DNA from: Dehalococcoidia bacterium
GTDB lineage: Bacteria; Chloroflexota; Dehalococcoidia; Bin125
DNA length: 64,000 nt
Direction of reading: 5' to 3'
Assembly (NCBI GenBank): GCA_965221065.1
Contig: OZ244861.1
Location: forward strand, 2,867,956-2,931,955
Of the stretch, positions 20,491 through 30,639 are shown one piece after another. Under the pieces are notes generated by a model that made no database searches, was not told where the DNA came from, and saw only the letters and a list, made by a program, of their open reading frames with translations. How positions within the stretch are numbered: position 1 is the stretch's first letter; each line of letters starts with the position of its first letter. The translations under genes and the position numbers were made by a program.

Positions 20491-21669
20491 ATGGCCGATA
20501 ACTTCCTCAGTCGACTGCGCCAGAAGCAACAGTCCTACGTGCTGTTCACCTTCCTCCGCAGGCCCTATTCGCGGCGCGACGCCATCAACCGAGTTCTGGT
20601 CGTTGCCGCGATTGCCACGGCGATCGTCGCGCCGATTTTCCTCGGGCGCGGCGGCGGCGACGCCACCGAGGGCGCCAGCGCCGAGTACGCCGCGCAACTC
20701 GCTGAGCTGGAAGAGGCACGAGCGGAACGCGACGAGCAAGGCTCGTCAGGCGATCTGGATGCGCGCATCGCGCAACTTGAGGAAGAGACACGCCTCGGCT
20801 ACCTCGAGCGCGACGGCGACGCGTCGGACAAGGGCGCGCTCGCGCCCGATTTCCGGCTGCTGGACCTTGAAGGCAATCCCCACCGGCTCTCCGAGATCGG
20901 CGGGCCGATCGTGCTCAATTTCTGGGCGAGCTGGTGCGAGCCGTGCATCGAGGAGATGCCCGAGTTCGAACTCGTCAACCAGGAGGCGCTGGGCAGGGTG
21001 ACCTTCGTTGGCGTCAACGACGGTGAGGACCTGGCCACGGCTCGTGAGTTCGCCTATGAGGTCACCGGGGTGACGTATCTCGTCCTGCTCGACCCGACCA
21101 AGTCGATGACCGACGGGCCGTACCCGCTGGTCGGCCGTCCGACCACCTACTTCATCGGCGCGGACGGGATCATCAAGGAGCTGCGTGTTGGCATCGTCGA
21201 CCTCGAGACGCTGCGCGAGCTGGTTGGTGAGTTGATCGGCGAGGATGTCGGAACGGCTGACCAGGAAGCGGTGCCCGCGGACTACGGAGAAGCGGCGATC
21301 AACATTCTCGATTCCGCGCGAGCGAACTACGCTGCGGCGGCCGAACTGATCGAGCGCTGGCGCGAGCAGCCCCAGGTGCTGACCGATCCCGGCTGGCAGC
21401 GCAACATGCAGGCGCAGACTCGCGCCTGGTCCGATCTCTCCGAGCAGGTTGCGGCCCTCGCGGCGCCGGAGCGATGGAGTGATTTGCACGAACGCGTCTC
21501 GGATTCGATGGCGCAGATTGCCAATGCGGCCGGTCCACTGGTCCGCGACGCGCTCGAAGCCGGCAACGCGGACGGGATGCAAACCGCCACGACTCTCTTC
21601 GACACCTTCCGCGACCTCTTCGACCTCGCCGCAGACAATCTCCAGGGCGTCATCGAAACTCAGCAGTAA
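20491..21669 (+). CDS. Thiol-disulfide oxidoreductase (TlpA/ResA-like thioredoxin fold) with N-terminal TM segment and extra C-terminal region
   Basis: LNFWASWCEPCIEEMPEF thioredoxin CxxC motif; N-terminal hydrophobic helix; ~150-aa C-terminal extension of unknown function. Confidence 0.75.
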   Translation: MADNFLSRLRQKQQSYVLFTFLRRPYSRRDAINRVLVVAAIATAIVAPIFLGRGGGDATEGASAEYAAQLAELEEARAERDEQGSSGDLDARIAQLEEETRLGYLERDGDASDKGALAPDFRLLDLEGNPHRLSEIGGPIVLNFWASWCEPCIEEMPEFELVNQEALGRVTFVGVNDGEDLATAREFAYEVTGVTYLVLLDPTKSMTDGPYPLVGRPTTYFIGADGIIKELRVGIVDLETLRELVGELIGEDVGTADQEAVPADYGEAAINILDSARANYAAAAELIERWREQPQVLTDPGWQRNMQAQTRAWSDLSEQVAALAAPERWSDLHERVSDSMAQIANAAGPLVRDALEAGNADGMQTATTLFDTFRDLFDLAADNLQGVIETQQ

Positions 21670-21688
21670 GCTCAGAGCGAGGCGCAGT

Positions 21689-21765
21689 GGGCGATTAGCT
21701 CAGGTGGCTAGAGCGTCCGGTTTACACCCGGGAGGTCGGAGGTTCGAGTCCTCCATCGCCCACCA
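21689..21765 (+). tRNA. tRNA-Val (anticodon TAC)
   Basis: GGGCGATTAGCTCAGGTGGCTAGAGCG, anticodon loop TTTACAC, GGTTCGAGTCCTCCATCGCCCACCA; 77 nt. Confidence 0.8.
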
Positions 21766-21799
21766 TTCTTCCCGGAAGCATTTGCGGAGGCAGGTTGCA

Positions 21800-22219
21800 A
21801 TGCGTGTGATGGTGCTGGTCAAGGCGACCGAAGACAGCGAAGCAGGCGTCATGCCCACGACCGAGATGTTCGACGCGATGGGCGCCTTCAACGAGGAACT
21901 CGTCAACGCCGGCATCATGCAGACGGGTGAGGGCCTGAAGCCGACATCCGCCGGCAAGCGCGTCGCGTTCGACGGCGATTCGCGCACCGTGATCGACGGC
22001 CCATTCGGCGTCACCAACGAGCTCGTTGCGGGATTCTGGATCTGGGAGGTCAAGGATCTCGAAGAGGCGGTCGAATGGGCCAAACGAGCGCCCAACCCGA
22101 TGCCGGGACCGAGCGAGATCGAGATTCGCCCGTTCTACGAGTATGAGGACTTCGGCGATGCCATGTCGCCGGAGCAAGTCGAACACGAAGAAGGACTGCG
22201 AGAGCGTCTCGGGGAGTAG
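21800..22219 (+). CDS. YciI-like (DGPF domain) protein
   Basis: MRVMVLVKATEDSEAG..DGPF..WIWEVKDLEEAVEWAKRAP is typical of the YCII-related family; ATG at 21800 (the tracked ORF is longer only for lack of an upstream stop). Confidence 0.7.
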   Translation: MRVMVLVKATEDSEAGVMPTTEMFDAMGAFNEELVNAGIMQTGEGLKPTSAGKRVAFDGDSRTVIDGPFGVTNELVAGFWIWEVKDLEEAVEWAKRAPNPMPGPSEIEIRPFYEYEDFGDAMSPEQVEHEEGLRERLGE

Positions 22220-22225
22220 GCGCGG

Positions 22226-22741
22226 CTAGTCTCGAACCATTGCATAGAGCAAGGCATCGATGACCTGGCCGCCCTTGACGATGCTCTTGCGTAGTCGCCC
22301 CTCGAGTTCGTAGCCGGCCTTCTCCAACACTCGGCCCGAGGCAGGGTTCCACTCAAAGACCTCGCCGTACAACCTGACCAGGTCAAACTCGGAAAAGGCC
22401 CAATCCGAGGTCGCCTTCAGCGCAGCGGTCGCGATGCCCTGACCCCAGTGCGGCTCGCCCAGCCAGTAGCCGATCTCGGCCGAGCGTCGATTGACGTCGG
22501 ACTGGAGCGTGATCCCGATGCCGCCTATCAACTCCGTGTCGTCGGCAATCGCGAAGTTGGTCTCGGGCGACTGTGTGGTCGCGAACTCAATCCACTCGTG
22601 GGCGTTCGAGAGCTCATAGGGGTAGGGGAACGTGTCGCGCATGTTTCGCGACACGTTGCGGTTGTTGGCGTTGCGGGCCAGCGCTTCGGCGTCATCGGGG
22701 CGGAAGCTTCTGACCTGCCATTGACCGATCTCGATTCGCAT
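22226..22741 (-). CDS. GNAT family N-acetyltransferase (RimJ/RimL-like)
   Basis: GQGIATAALKATSDWAFSEFDLVRLYGEVFEWNPASGRVLEKAGYELEG matches GNAT motifs A/B. Confidence 0.8.
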   Translation of the reverse strand: MRIEIGQWQVRSFRPDDAEALARNANNRNVSRNMRDTFPYPYELSNAHEWIEFATTQSPETNFAIADDTELIGGIGITLQSDVNRRSAEIGYWLGEPHWGQGIATAALKATSDWAFSEFDLVRLYGEVFEWNPASGRVLEKAGYELEGRLRKSIVKGGQVIDALLYAMVRD

Positions 22742-22841
22742 GCCATTGGCTTACCAATCGCGTGGGCGTTTGACAAGGTTCCGGCTGTCACACGGCCTAT
22801 GCTCGCTGCAACGAGTAGCGAAGCGGGGATCGGACCCAGAC

Positions 22842-23501
22842 ATGGAACAACTCGAACCAGACCTCTGGCAGACATCGCCGCGCGCCGTCGCCGATGGCGT
22901 GTCGACACGGGCGTATCTGCTGACCAGGCCCTCGGGCAATCTGCTGATCTACAACCTCGGCGAGGACCAGGACGACGATCTGCAGGCGATCGAGCACCTG
23001 GGCGGCGTCTCGATCCAGGTGCTCAGTCACCGCGACGAGGCGAGTCCCGCGCTGCACAGGGTTCGCGAGCGGTTCGCTTCGCGGCTCGCGTATCACGACG
23101 CCGACGCTCACGCGATTCGCGATCAGGCCGACGCCGACCTGTCCATCGCCCCGGGTTGCAGCGACCCGGCGCTGGCAGGCATCGAGGTCTTGCACACCCC
23201 CGGGCACACGCCGGGCAGCGTCACGCTGCGTTACGAGTCGCCGCACGGCAAGACCTACCTGTTTACCGGCGACACAATCGTGCCGGTGTCCGGAGGCTGG
23301 GCGACTGCGGTGTACCCGGAGCTTGAAAGCGATGCGGCAGCGCTGGTCGAGAGCCTGACTGTCCTCAGGGAAATGGATGCCGACTTGCTTGTCAGCAGCG
23401 CCTTCGTGGGCGATACCGGAACGGTCGCGTTGACTCCCGATGCCTGGCATGAGGCCATTGATGGTCGAATCGAGAGTCTCAGGCGGCGGTTCAACTGCTG
23501 A
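22842..23501 (+). CDS. MBL-fold metallo-hydrolase
   Basis: HxHxDH-type region (VLHTPGHTPGSVTL..TGDTI); start taken at the MEQLEPDLW ATG. Confidence 0.75.
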   Translation: MEQLEPDLWQTSPRAVADGVSTRAYLLTRPSGNLLIYNLGEDQDDDLQAIEHLGGVSIQVLSHRDEASPALHRVRERFASRLAYHDADAHAIRDQADADLSIAPGCSDPALAGIEVLHTPGHTPGSVTLRYESPHGKTYLFTGDTIVPVSGGWATAVYPELESDAAALVESLTVLREMDADLLVSSAFVGDTGTVALTPDAWHEAIDGRIESLRRRFNC

Positions 23502-23912
23502 TTGCGGTGAACGGATTGATCACGCGCAGACCGCCGTAGTCCTGTTGGTCGCTGAGGTCTTCCGAGTAGACCGCATCGCAGTCCATGGCGTGCGCGGCGG
23601 CGAGGATCGCCGCATCCCAGTAGGAAAGCTGGAAGCGCCGGCAGAAGTCCAGCGCCAACTGAAACAGCTCCACCGTTACCGGTTGGACTGGGAACTCAGC
23701 GATCAACGGCGTGAGGAAGCGGACCGCTTCGTCAGCGCTCAACGGATACGGACGAGAGGGCCGTGTCGACTGGTGGTAAAGCTCCTGCAGCACTTGCGTG
23801 GAGAGTGCCAGATCGTCGGTTCTCGGAGCTGCACAGCGATTCGATGCTTCTCAGCCTCCTCCGGCACGGGTAGCGCTGCGTAGAGGAGGACGTTCGTATC
23901 AACGAGACGCAT
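23491..23912 (-). pseudogene. vapC: PIN-domain toxin vapC, apparently frameshifted
   Basis: The N-terminal MRLVDTNVLLYAALPV..IAVQL reads in one frame from the ATG at 23912. The C-terminal ..DDLALSTQVLQELYHQ..SYWDAAILAAAHAMDCDAVYSEDL..LRVINPF continues in another frame. A single-nt indel lies near 23800..23815. Confidence 0.6.
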
Positions 23913-24174
23913 GACGGTCATACAGCTCTTCGCGAGGCACGTTGTCGGACATCTTGAAGTTGGGGTTGTTTCGGCCAATTTCCTCGATGACATTGAGGAG
24001 CTTGCGCATGCGACGCTCGGACGCGGTCTCCAGTTTCTGGAACTCAGGACTAGCGTCGGACAAGCTCTGCAGGTACTCGCGCACGAGCGCCGAGACGGAG
24101 GTGTCCAGCTCGGCCGCTCGGATGCGAGCCTGGCGATAGGTCTCGTCGTCGACGGAGACTGTGATGTTTCTCAT
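23899..24174 (-). CDS. vapB: Ribbon-helix-helix (CopG/VapB-like) antitoxin
   Basis: MRNITVSVDDETYRQARIRAAELDTSVSALVREYL is an RHH fold; GGGAG RBS; the stop overlaps the vapC start. Confidence 0.65.
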   Translation of the reverse strand: MRNITVSVDDETYRQARIRAAELDTSVSALVREYLQSLSDASPEFQKLETASERRMRKLLNVIEEIGRNNPNFKMSDNVPREELYDRHASR

Positions 24175-24360
24175 TGCCAGTACTCCCGCCCACAGGTCCA
24201 CGGTATCTGTGATTCACAGTATCCGGCGTCCATCGGATCGTCAACGCGAGGCTGCGGGCAGCATCTCCTGGAATCGCGAGGTCCGACCCGAATCGGCGGC
24301 GTTGACCCGCTGACGGGGTCTACGTAGCCTCTGAGTATCCGCGATCGCGGAGGGAGCGTT

Positions 24361-26043
24361 GTGATGTCATCGAAACTCCAGGATTGGTTGGACGGGCCCT
24401 ACGCCAAAGCAACCGGTCGGTTCCCCGAGCGCCGCGAGGAGTTTCGGCGATCATCCGGAGATCCGCTTGACCCGATCTATGTGAACGGCGACAACGGCGA
24501 GCTGGGCCCGCTGCCGGGCGAGTATCCCTACACCCGCGGCATCCAGCCGACGATGTATCGCGGCCGACTCTGGACGATGCGTCAATATGCCGGGCAGGAG
24601 GACGCCGAAGCGTCCAACCGCCGCTACCGGTTCCTGCTTGACCAGGGTCAGACCGGTCTGTCGGTCGCCTTCGACCTGCCCACACAGATCGGCTACGACT
24701 CCGACGCGAACATGTCGGAGGGAGAAGTGGGCAAGGTTGGTGTGGCGATCGACTCGATTGAAGACATGCGGACGCTCTTCGACCAGATTCCGCTCGACCG
24801 TGTGACCACGTCGATGACGATCAACTCGACTGCGAACATCCTGCTGTCGCTCTATGCCGCGGTCGCGGAAGAGCAGGGCGTCGGCCGCGACAAGATCGGC
24901 GGCACCGTTCAAAACGACATCCTGAAGGAATACATCGCTCGCGGAACGTACATCTACCCGCCACAGGCGTCGATGCGGCTAATCACCGACAGCTTCGACT
25001 ACTGCACCCGTGAAGTGCCGCGCTGGAACACGATCTCGATTTCCGGCTATCACATGCGCGAGGCCGGCTGCACGGCTGCGCAGGAGATTGGATTCACGCT
25101 GGCCAACGCCATCGCGTACGTCGAGGCGGCGCTTGCGCAGGGGATGGAGTTCGACAGCTTCGGACCGCGACTCTCATTTTTCTTCGCCTGTCACAGCAAC
25201 TTCCTCGAAGAGATCGGCAAATTCCGCGCTGCGCGACGGCTCTGGGCCGGCATCGCCAGGGATCGCTTCGGCTCCGAGAACCAACGCGCGCAGATGCTGC
25301 GCTTCCACACCCAGACCGGCGGCGTGACGTTGACCGCTCAACAGCCCGACAACAACGTCATCCGCACGACCCTGCAGGCGCTCGCCGCCGTGCTGGGCGG
25401 GACCCAGTCGCTGCATACCAATTCGCTCGACGAGGCGCTGGGCCTGCCATCCGAGCACGCGGTCGAGGTCGCGCTGCGGACCCAGCAGGTGATCGGCTAT
25501 GAATCGGGCGTCGCAGATGTCATCGATCCGCTTGGCGGCTCCTACTACATCGAGCAGACCACCGACCAACTTGAGGAAGAAGCACGCAACTACATCGAAC
25601 AGATCGACGCGCTCGGAGGAGCGGTTGCGGCGATCGAACAGGGTTACCAACAGGCTGAGATTCTCGAGGCTTCCTCGCAGTTCCAGCGCGAGGTAGAGAC
25701 CGAATCCGAGGCGGCGCGCGCCGGAGACCGCGCCGCTGGCAAACAGGGACGCGTGATCGTCGGCGTGAACCGCTTCGAAACCGACGAGGAAACGGATGTG
25801 GAGATCGTTCGCGTCGATCCCTCTGTCCGAGAGCGCCAGGTCGAGAAGCTTGAGCGCCTGCGCGACAGTCGGGATGGCTCGGCAGTGAGCGCTTCACTCG
25901 ATGCGATCCAGCAGGCCGCTTCGACCGACGAGAACCTGGTCCCGCTGATGTTGGATGCGGTCAAGCGCTCGGCTACGTTGGGCGAGATCTCGGACGCACT
26001 GCGTGAGGTCTGGGGCGAGTACCGCGAGCGGATCGTCGTTTAG
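24361..26043 (+). CDS. Methylmalonyl-CoA mutase, catalytic (substrate-binding) subunit without fused B12 domain
   Basis: [23 protein letters not shown]..; MCM TIM-barrel core; 560 aa; the B12-binding domain is a separate gene at 27455..27901. Confidence 0.88.
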   Translation: MMSSKLQDWLDGPYAKATGRFPERREEFRRSSGDPLDPIYVNGDNGELGPLPGEYPYTRGIQPTMYRGRLWTMRQYAGQEDAEASNRRYRFLLDQGQTGLSVAFDLPTQIGYDSDANMSEGEVGKVGVAIDSIEDMRTLFDQIPLDRVTTSMTINSTANILLSLYAAVAEEQGVGRDKIGGTVQNDILKEYIARGTYIYPPQASMRLITDSFDYCTREVPRWNTISISGYHMREAGCTAAQEIGFTLANAIAYVEAALAQGMEFDSFGPRLSFFFACHSNFLEEIGKFRAARRLWAGIARDRFGSENQRAQMLRFHTQTGGVTLTAQQPDNNVIRTTLQALAAVLGGTQSLHTNSLDEALGLPSEHAVEVALRTQQVIGYESGVADVIDPLGGSYYIEQTTDQLEEEARNYIEQIDALGGAVAAIEQGYQQAEILEASSQFQREVETESEAARAGDRAAGKQGRVIVGVNRFETDEETDVEIVRVDPSVRERQVEKLERLRDSRDGSAVSASLDAIQQAASTDENLVPLMLDAVKRSATLGEISDALREVWGEYRERIVV

Positions 26044-26053
26044 GGACGGCAAA

Positions 26054-26593
26054 GTGCCTTTCGGAAGACGAGTGGTGGGACGAGGGTCGGCGGGCGACCC
26101 CGAAGGTCGCTCCGACAACGGTTGGTCGGACGCGCAGCGTCTGCGCTACTGGTGGCAGGCCGAGCGCGAGTTGCTCCTCACCGCCCTGTCTGCGGTGCCG
26201 GACGACTTGGTTCACGACCCGCTGTCGGATGACGCGTGGTCGCCGAACGGGATGGCCGCGCATCGATTGTTCTGGGAGGCGGAGGAGCGGGCGGCGATCG
26301 AGGAACACCTCGGCGGAGCGTTTCCTTCGTTGCTGGACTTTCCGACACGCCGCATTGATTCAACCAACGCGGCTGCCGTCGCGTCACTTGGCGATCGGCG
26401 TCTGCCGGCGCTGGTCCGAGCACTGCGAGACTTGCGGGAGCGCACCGCGACGCTGGTGGAACGCGTTCCTGACGTCGACCTCAACACGCCCGGCAATCCG
26501 GCTCGGATTCTGCTCGGCGTAGCGTTGGAACATGACCGCGAACATCGGCGTGAGTTACAGGCCCGATTCGGCGCAGCCCGCAGCGACGCCTGA
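26054..26593 (+). CDS. DinB/mycothiol-dependent maleylpyruvate isomerase N-terminal-domain-like protein (start uncertain)
   Basis: Helical-bundle-like sequence with HRLFWEAEE..EHDREH His residues; GTG candidates at 26054, 26072 and 26075. Confidence 0.4.
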   Translation: MPFGRRVVGRGSAGDPEGRSDNGWSDAQRLRYWWQAERELLLTALSAVPDDLVHDPLSDDAWSPNGMAAHRLFWEAEERAAIEEHLGGAFPSLLDFPTRRIDSTNAAAVASLGDRRLPALVRALRDLRERTATLVERVPDVDLNTPGNPARILLGVALEHDREHRRELQARFGAARSDA

Positions 26594-26611
26594 CTCAACG
26601 TCCCGGAGCGA

Positions 26612-27439
26612 ATGGGGAGCGACATGACCCTGACTCACGTGCACCACATCGGTATGGTCGTCCGCGATGCGGACAAGGCAGCCGAACTCTGGCGCGACAC
26701 GTTTGGTCTGACCAAAGCGGTGGACCGTGTCGTTGAGGACCAGGGCGTGCGCGGCATCGTCTTCCCATTGGACAACTCCGAGATCGAACTGCTCCAGCCG
26801 ATCCGTGAGGGAACGGGCATCGCCAAGTTTCTCGAGACCAACGGCGAAGGATTCCACCACCTCTGCCTCGGCACGAATAACGTGGCCAACGAGCTGCGAA
26901 CCGCTGAAGCCAACGGCATGGCCATGATCGACACCGAGCCGCGCGAGGGCCTGGCCGGCATGATTGGCTTCATCCACCCGCGTTCCAATCATGGCGTGCT
27001 GATCGAGCTGGCCCAACCGCCCGACGACGCGCCCGTCCACGACGGCCCCGCCGAAGGCCCGTATCCGCATGCATTGCACCACATGACGATCGCCGTCAAA
27101 GAGATTGCTCCCGTCGTCGACGAGTGGACCGAACGATTCGGTTTCAGCGTCGACCGCCACATCGAGTCAGAGGCGCTCGGCCTTGAAGCGCAGTTCCTGA
27201 GGCTCGGCGCGACCGACGTTGAACTCGTGCGCCCGTTCGAGGGCAGCGGCGGGCCGTTACCGCGCAAACTGGAGACGTCGGGCGAGGGGATGTTCATGCT
27301 CGCCCTCACGGTCCGCGACGCGGCAGCGACCGTCGACCACCTGCGCGACCTGGGCTGGACGGTCACCGACGCCAACGCCGGCGCGTTCATTTCGCCCAAG
27401 CACACTTATGGTGCACGGCTGCGCCTGTCTGAGGCATAA
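26612..27439 (+). CDS. Tandem VOC/glyoxalase-fold protein (methylmalonyl-CoA epimerase-like)
   Basis: VHHIGMVVRD..FHHLCL and a second HHMTIAVKE..VELV half give two betaalphabetabetabeta modules; located in the MCM cluster. Confidence 0.7.
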   Translation: MGSDMTLTHVHHIGMVVRDADKAAELWRDTFGLTKAVDRVVEDQGVRGIVFPLDNSEIELLQPIREGTGIAKFLETNGEGFHHLCLGTNNVANELRTAEANGMAMIDTEPREGLAGMIGFIHPRSNHGVLIELAQPPDDAPVHDGPAEGPYPHALHHMTIAVKEIAPVVDEWTERFGFSVDRHIESEALGLEAQFLRLGATDVELVRPFEGSGGPLPRKLETSGEGMFMLALTVRDAAATVDHLRDLGWTVTDANAGAFISPKHTYGARLRLSEA

Positions 27440-27454
27440 ACTGATCGATGCTGA

Positions 27455-27901
27455 TTGAAAGCTGAGATCATGAGCAATACCTCAACAATGACTGAACAGA
27501 TTCGAGTCCTGGTCGCGAAGCCCGGACTCGATGGACACGATCGGGGCGCAAAGATTGTCGCCCGGGCCCTGCGCGACGCCGGCATGGAAGTGATCTACAC
27601 GGGCATTCGGCAGACCCCCGACATGATCGCCGAGGCGGCTCTCCAGGAAGACGTCCACGTGGTTGCGCTCTCGGTGCTCTCGGGGGCTCACCTCGAGTTG
27701 TTCCCGCGCGTGGTCGACGCCTGCCGCCAGCGCGGCATCACTCCCGATAACACGCTGTTCCTCGGCGGCGGCATCATTCCCGACGAGGATGCGGACGCGC
27801 TCAAGGAGACGGGCTTCTCCGCCGTCTTCGGACCCGGTGCGCACACCGGCGACATCGCCGAGTACGTGCGTGCCCACGTGCCCGAGCTCGACCGTTCGTG
27901 A
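27455..27901 (+). CDS. Methylmalonyl-CoA mutase B12-binding subunit
   Basis: [35 protein letters not shown] is the canonical DxHxxG cobalamin-binding domain. Confidence 0.88.
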   Translation: MKAEIMSNTSTMTEQIRVLVAKPGLDGHDRGAKIVARALRDAGMEVIYTGIRQTPDMIAEAALQEDVHVVALSVLSGAHLELFPRVVDACRQRGITPDNTLFLGGGIIPDEDADALKETGFSAVFGPGAHTGDIAEYVRAHVPELDRS

Positions 27902-28875
27902 CGACTGAGACGGTTCGCCCTGCGAACGCGCAACTCACAGGCCGACTGGCCGAACTTGAGCAGCGGATGCTGGCCAAGGATCGACGCGCGCTGGCGCGAG
28001 TTCTGAGCTGGGTCGAAAGTGGCGACCAGCGCGGGCGCGACATGCTCAGCGCCCTCTACCCGCGCAGCGGCCGCGCACGCACGATCGGCCTGACCGGATC
28101 GCCCGGCGCCGGCAAGAGCACCGTGACCAACGAACTGGCCAAGGCGTTTCGACAGCGCGGCCAGAGCGTCGGCATCGTCGCCATCGACCCGTCGTCGCCC
28201 TACACCATGGGCGCCATCCTCGGCGACCGCGTGCGAATGACGGAGCTCTATTCCGACCCAGACGTGTTTATCCGCTCGCTCGCGTCCCGGGGAGCGCTCG
28301 GAGGCCTCTCGGCCGCGACGCAGGACGTGGTTCACGTACTCGATGCCTACGGCAAGGATGTGATCCTGATCGAGACCGTCGGCGCGGGACAGGACGAGGT
28401 CGACATCGCCGGCGCCGCTCAGACGACGGTCCTCGTCAACACCCCGAACATGGGGGACGAGGTGCAGACGCTCAAGGCCGGGATCATGGAGATCGCCGAC
28501 GTGCTCGCCGTGAACAAATCCGACTTGCCTGGCGCAGACCGGATGGTCTCGGCGCTCAAAGCGTTGCTCTCGCTCAATCCCGACCGCGGCTGGGATCCGC
28601 CCGTCGTCAGGGTCGTCGCGACGCAGGGCGAAGGAACCGACAAGCTGGTCGAAGCCTGCGACGCGCACTTCGACGAGTTGCAGTCGTCGGGCAGGCTGGA
28701 GTCGGCCGAGCTCGAGCGAGCGCGCCAGCAGATCACCGCGTTGGCGCGAGCCAACGTGCTCAACCAGTTGCACACAGATGCGGGCGAGGAACGCCTGAAC
28801 CGCTTAGCCAACGACGTCGCCTCGCGCGTCGCCGATCCGCACACCGCCGCGGCGGCCTGGCTGGCCGGATCATGA
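27898..28875 (+). CDS. meaB: Methylmalonyl-CoA mutase-associated GTPase MeaB/ArgK
   Basis: [19 protein letters not shown]-loop, [15 protein letters not shown]; overlaps the upstream gene's stop. Confidence 0.88.
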   Translation: MTTETVRPANAQLTGRLAELEQRMLAKDRRALARVLSWVESGDQRGRDMLSALYPRSGRARTIGLTGSPGAGKSTVTNELAKAFRQRGQSVGIVAIDPSSPYTMGAILGDRVRMTELYSDPDVFIRSLASRGALGGLSAATQDVVHVLDAYGKDVILIETVGAGQDEVDIAGAAQTTVLVNTPNMGDEVQTLKAGIMEIADVLAVNKSDLPGADRMVSALKALLSLNPDRGWDPPVVRVVATQGEGTDKLVEACDAHFDELQSSGRLESAELERARQQITALARANVLNQLHTDAGEERLNRLANDVASRVADPHTAAAAWLAGS

Positions 28876-29549
28876 GTCAGTCCGACTCCGTCCAGCGCCT
28901 ACAGATTCGCTTCGCGGCCGAAGGTCCCTTGAAGTACGTCTCGCATCTCGACCTGATGCGAGTCTGGGAACGGGTCTGCAAACGCGCTGGTCTGCCGCTT
29001 GCGACATCGCGGGGCTTCTCACCGAGGCCCAAGATCGCCCTGGCCGCGCCGCTAGCCGTCGGGGCGACCTCGGAAGCGGAGATCCTCGACCTCCTGCTCA
29101 CTAGCCGCGTCGACTTGCAGTCAACGATGCGTGATCTGTCGGCAGAGCTCACACCCGGACTCCAGATCATCGATATCCGCGAGGGGCCACTTAAGCAGGC
29201 ATCTCTGCAATCGATGCTCCGCGCGGCCTGCTACGAGGTTGAAGTGCCTGACGGGCGCTCGCCCGAAGCATGGCGGCGGGCGATTGACGATTTGCTCGCT
29301 CGTGAGGAGATCCCCTGGAGTCACCGACGCGGCAAAGACACGAAGTCCTACGACCTGCGCCCGCTGATCCTCGCAATCGAGCTGTTGGGTGTGCAGGAAG
29401 GGACGGCCCGATTGGACATGAGGCTGCGCAACGATGAGCGCGGCGCCGGACGCCCGGAGCAGGTCACACTCGCCCTCGGCGTGGCCGAGGAACCGACGCG
29501 CATTCATCGCACGGCCATCGAGTTGGCTGCGGAGCCGGTGACGGCATGA
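28872..29549 (+). CDS. Hypothetical protein (225 aa), possibly the DUF often found near MCM/radical-SAM genes
   Basis: LKYVSHLDLMRVWERVCKRAGLPLATSRGFSPRPKIALAAPLAVG; translationally coupled to meaB (overlap). Confidence 0.5.
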   Translation: MSQSDSVQRLQIRFAAEGPLKYVSHLDLMRVWERVCKRAGLPLATSRGFSPRPKIALAAPLAVGATSEAEILDLLLTSRVDLQSTMRDLSAELTPGLQIIDIREGPLKQASLQSMLRAACYEVEVPDGRSPEAWRRAIDDLLAREEIPWSHRRGKDTKSYDLRPLILAIELLGVQEGTARLDMRLRNDERGAGRPEQVTLALGVAEEPTRIHRTAIELAAEPVTA

Positions 29550-30160
29550 AGCGGATACTGCTCCTGCGTCACGTGGAGTCGGAAGCGAACAAGGCCGGCG
29601 TCGGCCTCGGCCGCACCGACTCCCCGCCGACCGAGCTTGGACTGTGCCAGATGGACGCGACCGTGGCGGCGCTGCGCGACCAGAAGATCACTCGCGTCAT
29701 AACCAGTCCGCTCTCCCGAGCGAGACTGCTCGCCGAGGCGATCGCCGCATCGCACGGTGTCGAAGCGGTTGCCTGCGACGATCTGCTGGAGCTTGATGTC
29801 GGCGACATGGAGGGCCTCGAGTGGCCCGTTGCCCGCGCACGGTATGGCAAGTTCCTCGATGCCTGGCGCAGCGACGATTCGATCAACGTCACCATGCCGG
29901 GCGGCGAATCGCTCGCCGATGTCTACCGCAGATCGCACGGCGTCTTCGATGCGCTCGTCGCTGATCCCGCCGACGGAGCCGGCCTGATCGTGACGCACAA
30001 CTTCGTCGTCAAACTGCTGGCTGTCCACGCCCTCGCCATGCCGCTCGACGCCTGGCGTCGAATCGACACGTCGTTGGCTGCGATCACCTCGTTCCGCATC
30101 GACGATGGCACACCGGCCCTGGAGCGCCTCAACGATCGGCATCACGTCGCTGGCCTGTAG
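29546..30160 (+). CDS. Histidine phosphatase family protein (phosphoglycerate mutase-like)
   Basis: LLLRHVESEANKAG is an RHG-type catalytic motif; 204 aa. Confidence 0.8.
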   Translation: MKRILLLRHVESEANKAGVGLGRTDSPPTELGLCQMDATVAALRDQKITRVITSPLSRARLLAEAIAASHGVEAVACDDLLELDVGDMEGLEWPVARARYGKFLDAWRSDDSINVTMPGGESLADVYRRSHGVFDALVADPADGAGLIVTHNFVVKLLAVHALAMPLDAWRRIDTSLAAITSFRIDDGTPALERLNDRHHVAGL

Positions 30161-30210
30161 CCGATCGCAGAGGTGTACAGTGCCTACGGCGGCGGCGCAG
30201 CTCGCGCAGC

Positions 30211-30618
30211 ATGGACGACACTTCGGCTGACCCCTCGACCGCGCCCAGGCGCCGGACCGAACCCAGGCCGGCCGCGCTGCCCTGGATCGTTCGCCGCATC
30301 GCATTCGTCGGCTCGCTGTTGCTGGTCGGTTTCGTCGTCTTTAGTGGAGTCGAAGGACTCGTCCAGGCCAACAGCCTCGACGACCGCATCGCCAGCACAA
30401 CGGCGGAGATCGAGGAGCTACGGCGCGACGCGGATCAGCTCGCCGCGCTCGTCGCCTGGTTGGATTCCGATGCCTACATCGAACGCATCGCACGCGAGGA
30501 TCTCGGTATGGTCCGTCCCGGCGAGGAGTCCTTCGCTGTTCATGCGCCGCACCGCGGTCAGCTCGAGATCAACAGCTCTCCCTGGTGGGCCAATCTCCTC
30601 CCCGAGGACGCCGAGTAG
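30211..30618 (+). CDS. ftsB: Septum formation initiator FtsB/DivIC-like
   Basis: N-terminal TM segment then a coiled-coil (IEELRRDADQLAALVAWL..AYIERIAREDLGMVRPGE), typical of FtsB/DivIC. Confidence 0.7.
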   Translation: MDDTSADPSTAPRRRTEPRPAALPWIVRRIAFVGSLLLVGFVVFSGVEGLVQANSLDDRIASTTAEIEELRRDADQLAALVAWLDSDAYIERIAREDLGMVRPGEESFAVHAPHRGQLEINSSPWWANLLPEDAE

Positions 30619-30639
30619 GTCCCGCGCCCGGAGCGTCCG

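Noticed and set aside
21449-21799. Long N-terminal extension of the YciI-like ORF, overlapping tRNA-Val
   Set aside because: The frame is open only for lack of a stop. It overlaps the TlpA-like gene's end and the tRNA. The ATG at 21800 gives the canonical family start.
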